Shown: positions 20,556-29,385 of the stretch, piece after piece
Layout: each line of letters starts with the position of its first letter
How positions within the stretch are numbered: the first letter of the stretch is position 1
Assembly (NCBI GenBank): GCA_000043285.1
Contig: BX248583.1
Location: 570,001 to 602,000 of the forward strand
Length of the DNA: 32,000 bases
Source of the DNA: Candidatus Blochmanniella floridana
GTDB lineage: Bacteria; Pseudomonadota; Gammaproteobacteria; Enterobacterales; Enterobacteriaceae
Reading direction: 5' to 3'
Position numbers and translations under genes: made by a program
The notes under the pieces: model-generated
What the model was told of the DNA's origin: nothing
The model's database searches: none
Seen by the model: the letters and a program-made list of their open reading frames with translations, nothing else

Positions 20556-22002
20556 ATACATGTTTATTTCTTTTATCACTAAAAGGATTAACAGTATTCT
20601 TAAAATGCATCTGAAATATTACTCCCTCAATGTTTAATGCGCGATAAAAATAATTTCTTAAATATTTTCGATACGCATTCGATAAGCTACTGACTCTTGT
20701 TCCATGAATAATAAAAACAACTGGATTATAACTCCCAACATGCACAAATTTTAATTTTGGAGCAAATTTAGTACCACGAATAAATGGAGGTGGATATTTT
20801 ATAATCGCTTCATGCATAACTCGAGTCAATTGTGCTGTATTAATTTTTTGTTTAGAAAAATCATGTATTTTCTTTATTGACTGAAATAAATTCTTAATAC
20901 CACTTCCATATAAAGCAGAAATATAATGTATTTTAACAAAATTCAGAAAACTTATTTTCTTATTCAATTCCTCTTTCATAAGTGTTTTATCAAAACCAGT
21001 TTTAGATGAAAAAATATCATATTTATTCACCGCAATTATCAATGATTTACTACTTTTTGTAATAAAATTTAATAATGATAAATCCTGATTGACAATCCCC
21101 TCTTGAATATCCAATATAAATAACGTCACATGTGCATATTTAAGTATTTGTAACGTTTTTAATTTAGAAATTTGCTCTGCTACACTAGAAACATGCTTTT
21201 TTTTTCGAATCCCTGCAGTATCAACAAACATATATTTATCATTATTATAAGTTATTGGAATATACACACTATCTCGAGTTGTTCCTGGTATATCAGAAAC
21301 AATCATACGTTCTTCTTTTAAAAGATAATTTACAAAAGTAGATTTGCCAGAATTTGGACGACCTATAATAACTACGATAATAGGTTCATTATTTTGATTT
21401 AATAATAAATTTTTTTCACTATTTTTTTGATAATCATCAAAACCTATATATGTATTAAAAAAACATTTTTTAACACCATCAAATGAATTTTTTAAAGATT
21501 GTAAATAAATTTTATCTAATAATGTACTAATACCATATCCATGGACAGCTGAGATAATAACTACATTTTTAATCCCATATAAATAATAATCCCATATTTT
21601 ATAATTATTATAAGAAATAGCATTATCAATTTTATTTATAACAACAAATATACCTTTTTTTAATTTACGTAAATAAGTGATAATATTCCAGTCCTCTGAT
21701 GATCCTTGTTTCTTACCATCTACCACAAACAAAATAATACAAGATTCCTGAATTGCAATATTTGTCTGATCATTAATACAATCCTGTATTAATGTATCAG
21801 AAAATATATTAAATCCTCCAGTATCAATTAAAATAAATTTAAAATTTTTATATTTAATATAACCATATTTTCTATCTCTAGTTAAACCAGGATAACTTGA
21901 CACCAACGCATCACGTGTACATGTTAATCTATTAAATAAAGTAGATTTACCTACATTTTCTTGACCTACTAAAACTATAACTGGAAATATCACATCATTC
22001 AT
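20554..22002 (-). CDS. der: Ribosome-assembly GTPase Der (EngA)
   Basis: Two tandem G domains: GQENVGKSTLFNRL / DTGG / NKID and GRPNSGKSTFVNYL / DTAGIRKK / NKYD. The KH-like C-terminus reads YISALYGSGI...PKLKFVHVGSYNPVVFIIHG. The start is set to the ATG at 22002, because the ORF-track start at 22011 is a TTG. Confidence 0.93.
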   Translation of the reverse strand: MNDVIFPVIVLVGQENVGKSTLFNRLTCTRDALVSSYPGLTRDRKYGYIKYKNFKFILIDTGGFNIFSDTLIQDCINDQTNIAIQESCIILFVVDGKKQGSSEDWNIITYLRKLKKGIFVVINKIDNAISYNNYKIWDYYLYGIKNVVIISAVHGYGISTLLDKIYLQSLKNSFDGVKKCFFNTYIGFDDYQKNSEKNLLLNQNNEPIIVVIIGRPNSGKSTFVNYLLKEERMIVSDIPGTTRDSVYIPITYNNDKYMFVDTAGIRKKKHVSSVAEQISKLKTLQILKYAHVTLFILDIQEGIVNQDLSLLNFITKSSKSLIIAVNKYDIFSSKTGFDKTLMKEELNKKISFLNFVKIHYISALYGSGIKNLFQSIKKIHDFSKQKINTAQLTRVMHEAIIKYPPPFIRGTKFAPKLKFVHVGSYNPVVFIIHGTRVSSLSNAYRKYLRNYFYRALNIEGVIFQMHFKNTVNPFSDKRNKHV

Positions 22003-22106
22003 TACTATCAAATATTTAACTATTACATTACACTTAATACATATTACAATTTTTATATACTCTCATGATATTAAACTAACCCATGCTATAATATAGCTTT
22101 ACACGA

Positions 22107-23408
22107 TTACATATTATATATCTTTCTTAACTTTAAAATAATCTCATCATATTTTAAAATTTCTTGTTTTTTTGATTGTAATTCTTTCAGAATAATCGTT
22201 TGTTCAAAAAAATTCTTATCATCAACTACTATAACAAATCTAGAATTATTTTTTTCAGCACGATCTATTTGTTGTTTAAAATTTCCTCCTCCACAATCTA
22301 CCATTAAACGTAAAAATGGTAATTTTTCCCTAATATGTTCTGACAATTTTATAGAATATTCTTGATAATATGTTCCTAACCTAATCAAATAAACATCTAT
22401 ATAAACATTTCTAGTATTGATAATACTACTCTTAATCAATTTCATCAATAATACTACTCGCTCTAGACCTATTGCAAATCCTACCGCTGGGATCGAACCA
22501 CCTCCTAATTGTTTTATTAAATCATCATACCGACCTCCCGCACAAATAGTTTTTTTTACACCTAATTTATCAGTTACCCATTCAAAAACCGTACGATTAT
22601 AATAATCCAAACCACGCACTAAATATGGATTAACAATGTATGTAACGTTAGCTATATCTAAGAGTCGACATAAATTTAAAAAATGATTCTTTGAACAATC
22701 ATCTAAATAATCACTTAACACAGGAGCATGCGCTAATAATTCTTTAATTTTAACATTTTTTGTATCTAAAATTCGCATAGGATTAGAATACAAACGACGT
22801 TTAGAACTATCATCTAAATTATGTTTATTTTTTTCCAAAAAACTTATCAACTTTTTTCTATATATCATTCTAGATGATAATAAACCAATGGAATTTAATT
22901 CCAGAGTTAAGTAATTACTAATACCTAATTCTTTCCAACAACGATTAGTAATTAAAATTAACTCAACATCTATATCTGGCCCAACACAACCAAAAGCTTC
23001 TGCACTAAATTGATGAAACTGTCGATAACGCCCTTTTTGCGGTCGTTCTCGACGAAACATTGGCCCCATATACCATAATCTTGGTTCTTGATGATAAAAT
23101 AAAGAATTCTCAATCCCCGCTCTAACGCAACCAGAAGTACCTTCTGGCCTTAACGTTAAATCATTTCCATGTTGATCAATAAAAGTATACATTTCCTTTT
23201 CTACTACATCTGTTACCTCCCCAATAGAGCGTTTAAATAAATCTGTACATTCAATAATAGGAAATCTAATTTCATTATATCCATAACCATTTAATATAGT
23301 TTTTAAAACATCTTCTATATATTGCCACTGGATTACATCCTTCGGTAAACAATCATGCATACCCCGAACAGACTGAATATGTATACTGCTATTTCTATAT
23401 TTAATCAT
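22107..23408 (-). CDS. hisS: Histidine--tRNA ligase
   Basis: 433 aa. VRGMHDCLP, LFKRSIGEVTDVVEKEMYTF, LTLRPEGTSGCVRAG, RLWYMGPMFRRERPQKGRYRQFHQ, VRGLDYYNRTVFEW, CAGGRYD and AVGFAIGLER are class II HisRS motifs, close to E. coli. Confidence 0.96.
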   Translation of the reverse strand: MIKYRNSSIHIQSVRGMHDCLPKDVIQWQYIEDVLKTILNGYGYNEIRFPIIECTDLFKRSIGEVTDVVEKEMYTFIDQHGNDLTLRPEGTSGCVRAGIENSLFYHQEPRLWYMGPMFRRERPQKGRYRQFHQFSAEAFGCVGPDIDVELILITNRCWKELGISNYLTLELNSIGLLSSRMIYRKKLISFLEKNKHNLDDSSKRRLYSNPMRILDTKNVKIKELLAHAPVLSDYLDDCSKNHFLNLCRLLDIANVTYIVNPYLVRGLDYYNRTVFEWVTDKLGVKKTICAGGRYDDLIKQLGGGSIPAVGFAIGLERVVLLMKLIKSSIINTRNVYIDVYLIRLGTYYQEYSIKLSEHIREKLPFLRLMVDCGGGNFKQQIDRAEKNNSRFVIVVDDKNFFEQTIILKELQSKKQEILKYDEIILKLRKIYNM

Positions 23409-23488
23409 TACATCAACAATATTATATATAACTCATTAATCACATATATTTAATCAAAAAACATAACTCCTACTATTATGAACATCAT

Positions 23489-24580
23489 TTATTTTTCTAC
23501 TAAAACTAAATTCAGCTAATACGATGCTCCAATTCCTTAACAATTAAGGTAATATCACACCGTTCTTTTTTATCTTATACTATCATTTTCATATATACTA
23601 CGTTTATTTCGAGTTTCTAAAATTCCAATTATTACAGATGATTCCTCTCCCAAGCCATTGACCACACATTCAATAATAGACATATCCATATGCATCTCAG
23701 TACTACATAACTTTCTCTCCCAATTATTAACCACTTCAATAACATTAAATTCTTATCTTGCAAATCCTAAACAAACTATAAAATTAACACCTCTTTTTAA
23801 AATTCCTAAAACTCCTCAAAATATCAAATTCCCTTTCAGATTCTTCTACAAAATCTGAACCTAATGAAATTCGTACATCATCACTAATATTCTCTGTTAG
23901 TAAAAAACTTAAAATATGCAAATTTGATATTATCATCACGTAATGATTTGGATTTAGTATCTCCACCACATAACAATTAATCAATACCTGATTTTAATAA
24001 AACAATAAACATACAACGTAGTAATCACACCAAAAAATGTAACATTTACTTTAAATTTACTAAAATTTAATTTTTCTAAAATAGAAATATGATTCATAGT
24101 AGATTCTAATAAAATATATTCTATTTTTCTTTATATTTTTTCTTTACATCTCGTTTCAAAAAAAACTAGAATTTACCCCAATTCGAATAGGAACATTCTT
24201 ATCACGATCGTAATCTATTACATACTCAATACAATTACTATTTCCAATATTTCCAAGATTAATACATAAATAATCCGCTTCATCTCGTATTGCTTTCAAA
24301 TCAATACGATAATAAAAATGAATATCAGCTACTAATAGTATATTCTTAATTTTGTTTAATCTTTTTTAAATGATTCCACTACAATACTATTGTTCGGTAT
24401 TGATACTCAAACATATTTACCCCATATTTCTCAAGATTATTAATTTTATTAACTGTTCCTTCAATATCACACAGTACAATGTATTAACTATACATTGTAC
24501 TAAAAAATCAGACCCCAATCTCCCTATTAAAACTTATTCTAACATAAATAAAAGGAACTATATCATGTACATAATATCAA
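23489..24580 (-). pseudogene. ispG: ispG (gcpE; HMBPP synthase) pseudogene, nearly full length, with multiple frameshifts and in-frame stops
   Basis: My own minus-strand translation, in shifting frames, covers almost the whole E. coli IspG (recalled). RISFNREIGV*FFSTMYS*Y..DIEGTVNKINNLEKYGVNMFEY aligns with [79 protein letters not shown] aligns with VNVPLVADIHFDYRIALK..LRINPGNIGN..ARDKNIPIRIGVNAGSLEK. LESTMNHISILEKLNFSKFKVNV aligns with [56 protein letters not shown] (ORF-track fragment 23784..23984) aligns with [65 protein letters not shown] aligns with GINFIACPTCSRQEFDVI..MDVSIIGCVVNGPGEA. It occupies the position between hisS and ndk, as in E. coli. End coordinates are approximate, within a few tens of nt. 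Confidence 0.88.
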
Positions 24581-25059
24581 TAAAATTATTTATACTATCT
24601 TTAGTATCTCTTTTATACAACATCATATAAATATATTTTCCATTTCATTTTTAAATACCAATATCATATTTATTTATTATTTAATATTAATAATCATTTT
24701 AATACTATTTTTACCCAACGCAAGATCATCATTTTTATATTTACCATATATTTCTCACGCACATATTTAATAATACTAATACATATTAAAATATATTAAT
24801 TATTACATATAATAAATTATCCACATAAATAATAGTATATAATCTATAATAAATCATTATACCAATTAATGATAATTAAAACACACAAAAACCCTGCATT
24901 GTCGATCACTCACAATTCATAGATATACTACATCTCATAATCTTATTTATCATAATACAATAACTTAATTTACAACTCTATAAAATTTATTTATTTCATT
25001 TATCAATACCAAATATATATTTAATTAAATATTCAAAAACAAAATACAAATTACTATCA

Positions 25060-25960
25060 CTCTCTATACAAGCTAATATACATCTTTAAAAATCTACCCA
25101 TACATACACAACTGAAAAACTAATATAATTACATTAAATATATTTAATTATTACTTGTTTTAAATCATCTTTTACATCGCACTATAATTATTCACTACAT
25201 ATTAACTCGCAATATCTCAACAATACTATAATATCTACTAATATCCAAAAAAACTCAATGATCAAAATCAAACAATTACTTAATTTTTTAAAAAAAAATC
25301 AATCAAAGTTATTTAATATTTTTCATTACACAAATAACATACATAAATTCTTTGCATAAGTGCATATATATCACTTCAATGTCATAATATAATTCGTCAT
25401 AATAATAGCGGATATTTTATCCTAATACATTATTATAAATACTTCGATTATTAATTTAAAATTAACTAACAATTCAGTTAAATTTTAGATCAATTACAAT
25501 ATTCATTAACCCTCCATAAAATATGGACTATAAAATAGTACCTACTTACAACAACATTATACAAAATAGATTTCTATTATTAGAAATACAAACTATCTTA
25601 ATATAATACAATTACCTGGTTTATAAACCAATCCCATCCTTCTAATCACAAAAATATTTCTCATCAACAATAATACAAGCACAAATTTTACTAAAATTTA
25701 TTTCATTTATATACCGAACTTACATCACATTCATTATTGCAATACACTTATCTCAATCTTTATAACAAATCTACACATTTAATGCTAACTTGCAAAAAAT
25801 TTATTAATTTATTCAAAATGAATAATAATCAAATTGGATCACGTACATATAATTCTTTAAAATATACAATATTATGAAAAACCATTTATTTATTTTTAAA
25901 ATCAAAAATATAAACAATACAATACTTATGATAAGCTATCATATATCAAATATTTATTTA
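25060..25960 (-). pseudogene. rlmN: Probable heavily eroded rlmN remnant (23S rRNA/tRNA m2A methyltransferase); boundaries approximate
   Basis: There are stops in every frame. One minus-strand reading still shows spaced, order-preserving traces. LQVSIKC (about 25775-25795) aligns with LCVSSQVGC. GWDWFINQVIVLY (about 25625) aligns with GMGEPLLNLNNVV. NVVVS aligns with RVTLS. IRIKY aligns with INKKY. KIK*LFDFD aligns with KINLIPWNP. VEILRVNM**IIIVRCKR (about 25170) aligns with SKVLMSYGFTTIVRKTR. Spacings are within about 10% of E. coli RlmN, and the position directly downstream of ndk matches E. coli. Each match is individually weak, so the call rests on order, spacing and synteny. Confidence 0.4.
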
Positions 25961-26041
25961 CTAACACTATACTATTAAAAATTATATATAAAACAACATG
26001 AAAATCATCAATATTTACTCAAATCATACCGATATATAATT

Positions 26042-26452
26042 TTATATATCAAAAAAATAAGCAATCTCATACTTAGCAGAACTTTCTGAATCTGATCCAT
26101 GAATAACATTTTTAGTACAACTTTCTCCATAATCAAATCTAATTGTTCCAGCTAATGCCTTCATTGGATCAGTATTCCCCATAATTTCTCGATTACGCCG
26201 TATAGCATAATTACCTTCTAAAATTTGTACAAAAATCGGACCAGAAATCATAAATTCCATTAAATCTTTAAAAAAAAATTTATTTTTATGCTCATTATAA
26301 AATTCTAAAACCTGATCAGTAGTTAATTGCAACATCTTAGCAGATACTATCAATAAACCTGAAGATTCAAATCTACTAATTATAGCACCAATTATACCTT
26401 TAGAAACAGCATCTGGTTTTATAATTGATAATGTACGTTCTTTTTGTATCAT
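26042..26452 (-). CDS. ndk: Nucleoside diphosphate kinase
   Basis: [57 protein letters not shown] (catalytic His) and EIAYFF. The start is set to the ATG at 26452, which aligns with the E. coli Ndk N-terminus. The ORF track extends 6 codons further, to 26470. Confidence 0.94.
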   Translation of the reverse strand: MIQKERTLSIIKPDAVSKGIIGAIISRFESSGLLIVSAKMLQLTTDQVLEFYNEHKNKFFFKDLMEFMISGPIFVQILEGNYAIRRNREIMGNTDPMKALAGTIRFDYGESCTKNVIHGSDSESSAKYEIAYFFDI

Positions 26453-26763
26453 ATTCGTTCCTGTCATCATATATACACAATTAATTTTTAATTACATCAT
26501 TCATACAATATTATGTATAAAAATAAATACATAAATTATATATATAATTACGGCATTCATAAAACTTAATATACATAATCATCCCTTAATCCATAATATT
26601 ACTAGATCTAATATAATGCAAAAAATAATCATATCAATATTTATAAAACAACGCTTAAACTACTTACATGATATTATCAATAATATACCAAAAACTATAA
26701 AATCATAATATATTATGTTACAAAATTACCAACACATCACAATCTATTTTATTTAATAAATAC

Positions 26764-27951
26764 TTATAATAAATGTATCATTTCATTTAATTTCATTACT
26801 GTCATAACAACTTGATGAATTGCATAATCTATTTCTTCTTCTGTAGTAAATCGACCTAAAGAAAATCTCAACGAATTATATACCAATGCATTATGTAATC
26901 CTATAGATTGCAAAACATGAGATACCTGAACCATATTAGAAGTACAAGCAGATCCAGAAGATAAAGCAAAATCTTTTAAAGCTATCATTAAAGTTTCCCC
27001 ATCAATATTACGAAAACTAACATTCAACAATGTCCCAATACTACTGTTTAAATTTCCATTCACTACAATTCCCTCAATCTGTTGTAACCCCATCCACAAA
27101 CGATCTCTCATTTTTTTTAAATAACTCATTTCTGTTTTCATTTCTTTTTTAGCTATTCGACAAGCCTCAGCCATTCCAACAATCTGATGTACTGGCAAAG
27201 TACCAGACCTAATACCATACTCATGACCTCCTCCATGTATCTGAGTCATAATATTAATATTCAGTAAATTTCCATCATCTACATTATTATATTTACGAAT
27301 ATATAATACCCCTATACCTTTTGGACCATACAACTTATGGGCACTAAATGACATTAAATCTACAGGTAATACAGATAAATCAATATCTAATTTACCTACA
27401 CTTTGAGTAGCATCCACATGAAATATTATATTGTTATCTCGACATAATTTACCAAATTCCATAATATCTTGAATAATACCTATTTCATTATTTACGTGCA
27501 TAATAGATAATAAGATTGTATCATCACGCAATGCACAAGAAATTTGATTTAAATCTATTAAACCATCACTTCGAGGAGTTATTCTTGTAATTTCAAATCC
27601 CTGATTTTCAAGATATTGACAAGTATCCAAAACTGCAACATGTTCAGTCATACTGGTAATAATATGTTTACCCTTTTTATAATTAGCTTGAGCTATTCCT
27701 TTAATAGCCAAATTAATTGACTCAGTAGCTCCAGAAGTAAAAATAATTTCATCTAATTTAGATCCTATTAATTCTGCAATATATTTTCTAGATAAATCTA
27801 TCGCCTCTTCCGCTTTCCAACCATAATAATGTGATCGAGAAGCTGGGTTACCAAATACCCCATCTAAAGTAAAATATTGCATCATTTTTTCTACAACTCT
27901 AGGATCTACCGGAGTAGTAGCTGCATAATCAAAATATATTGGTAACTTCAT
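26764..27951 (-). CDS. iscS: Cysteine desulfurase IscS
   Basis: [82 protein letters not shown] (PLP Lys), [30 protein letters not shown] (catalytic Cys) and [15 protein letters not shown]. The start is set to the ATG at 27951, because the ORF-track start at 27969 is a TTG. It ends about 17 residues earlier than E. coli IscS. Confidence 0.95.
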   Translation of the reverse strand: MKLPIYFDYAATTPVDPRVVEKMMQYFTLDGVFGNPASRSHYYGWKAEEAIDLSRKYIAELIGSKLDEIIFTSGATESINLAIKGIAQANYKKGKHIITSMTEHVAVLDTCQYLENQGFEITRITPRSDGLIDLNQISCALRDDTILLSIMHVNNEIGIIQDIMEFGKLCRDNNIIFHVDATQSVGKLDIDLSVLPVDLMSFSAHKLYGPKGIGVLYIRKYNNVDDGNLLNINIMTQIHGGGHEYGIRSGTLPVHQIVGMAEACRIAKKEMKTEMSYLKKMRDRLWMGLQQIEGIVVNGNLNSSIGTLLNVSFRNIDGETLMIALKDFALSSGSACTSNMVQVSHVLQSIGLHNALVYNSLRFSLGRFTTEEEIDYAIHQVVMTVMKLNEMIHLL

Positions 27952-28452
27952 ATCAAATGAGCTCCACAAATAAAACTATTCTTCACAAATTAAACATTAA
28001 ACTACACAACATACTTATCATTATATACATGATATTTCAAATATCCAATTCATATAAAAAACATACAATATTTATAAAAACTCTACATAATTAAACAATA
28101 AAAATAAATTTTTCAACATTTAATATATATCAATATTTTGATAATATACACCATAAATAATTTAAATTCTTACATATCATATATATTCATATATACACAA
28201 CTATAATTAATATATTTAATATCCATTAAATATTTGATAATAACATTATCAATTCAATAAAATATCTTATATAATACTATTTCTATTATAGATAGTTACA
28301 CATAATAATCATTAAATATTTGCATATCAAAATATTACACAAAATTTCTAGAAATATATTTAATCAAAATATACTCACTAAGATTATTTCCGTATTATTT
28401 TATATTATACAAACACAAAACTTATAATTAATTTGTATATGGGTAAAAAATT

Positions 28453-29277
28453 ATGCATCCAATGTTAAATGTGGCTATTATAGCTATAAGAAAAGGCGGA
28501 AATTTTCTTATTAAACAATATGAATTTTTAGGTAGAAATTATACAGAATTATCATCTGACCATATAAAAACACTACTATCTAAAATTCGTGCAGAATCAA
28601 ATCAAATTATTACTACAATTATCAAAAAATTTTATCCATTACATATAATTATCGATATTAAAAATTACTCTAATACCTCTACTCTGCAAAATAACAACAT
28701 ATATTGGATAATTGAATCTATAGATAATGACATCAACTTCATCAAACAATTTCCATTTTTTGTTTTATCTATTACCATTAAACACCATACCAACATAAAA
28801 ATCGGAGTAATTTATGACCCTATTCATAATGAATTATTTAGCGCATGTCGAGGTAAAGGAGCGCAATTCAACGGATACCGCATAAGACCTCATCACCACA
28901 AAAACATTTTACAAACTTTTAACAAAATTATTTTATCTATAGTCAATATGAACATAAATCATACTTTTGATATTAATATTTCTAACACTCTAAATAATTT
29001 CCATAAAAAATATAATATTACTATAGATTTAAGATGTACAGGATCATTAATGTTAGACTTAGTTTATGCTGCTATAAACCGAATAGATGGATGTTACATC
29101 ATGTATTATCATAACACTATCAAACTAGCTAGTAGCTTTTTAATTATCCAAGAATCAGGAGGATTAATCACTTATCTAGATAAAAACAAAAAAGATAATG
29201 ATCAAAATTCTAAACATATAATAGTAGGTAATCCCAAAATAATTAAATTTATTTTACCTTTAATTAAAAAATTTTAA
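28453..29277 (+). CDS. suhB: SuhB (inositol-monophosphatase family) homologue with degenerate catalytic motifs
   Basis: 274 aa. MHPMLNVAIIAIRKGGNFLIKQYE, FPFFVLSITIK, GVIYDPIHNELFSACRGKGAQFNGYRIR, LRCTGSLMLDLVYAAINRIDGC and IIVGNPKII are collinear with E. coli SuhB (recalled). Its position is divergent from iscS, as in E. coli. The metal-binding motifs are not conserved (see findings). Confidence 0.88.
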   Translation: MHPMLNVAIIAIRKGGNFLIKQYEFLGRNYTELSSDHIKTLLSKIRAESNQIITTIIKKFYPLHIIIDIKNYSNTSTLQNNNIYWIIESIDNDINFIKQFPFFVLSITIKHHTNIKIGVIYDPIHNELFSACRGKGAQFNGYRIRPHHHKNILQTFNKIILSIVNMNINHTFDINISNTLNNFHKKYNITIDLRCTGSLMLDLVYAAINRIDGCYIMYYHNTIKLASSFLIIQESGGLITYLDKNKKDNDQNSKHIIVGNPKIIKFILPLIKKF

Positions 29278-29385
29278 GATAAACTTAATAATTTTATCAA
29301 TACTACTTCATTCTACTTAAATAAATATGAATCAATTAAACTATCCACATGATAATTTCACATACCATACAAATCTTCACTTTAA

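Noticed and set aside
22417-22602. 61-aa plus-strand ORF inside hisS
   Set aside because: It is antisense to the conserved HisRS motif-3 region, so it is a shadow ORF.
23536-23550. Small hairpin ccttaa-caa-ttaagg upstream of hisS
   Set aside because: It has a 6-bp stem and lies inside the ispG remnant, in codons for the ..LIVKEL.. trace. It is too short to distinguish from chance.
23658-24630. ORF-track entries 23658..23858 (+), 23784..23984 (-) and 24370..24630 (+), considered as independent small genes in the hisS-ndk gap
   Set aside because: The minus-strand 66-aa ORF is simply the longest surviving in-frame piece of the ispG pseudogene ([29 protein letters not shown]...). The two plus-strand ORFs are antisense to other ispG pieces.
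24981-25710. Near-repeat taaaatttattt(attt)catttat at 24981-25003 and 25692-25710
   Set aside because: It is short, AT-only and low-complexity with an indel. No further copies or array-like spacing are present, so it is not evidence for a repeat family, a CRISPR array or mobile-element ends.
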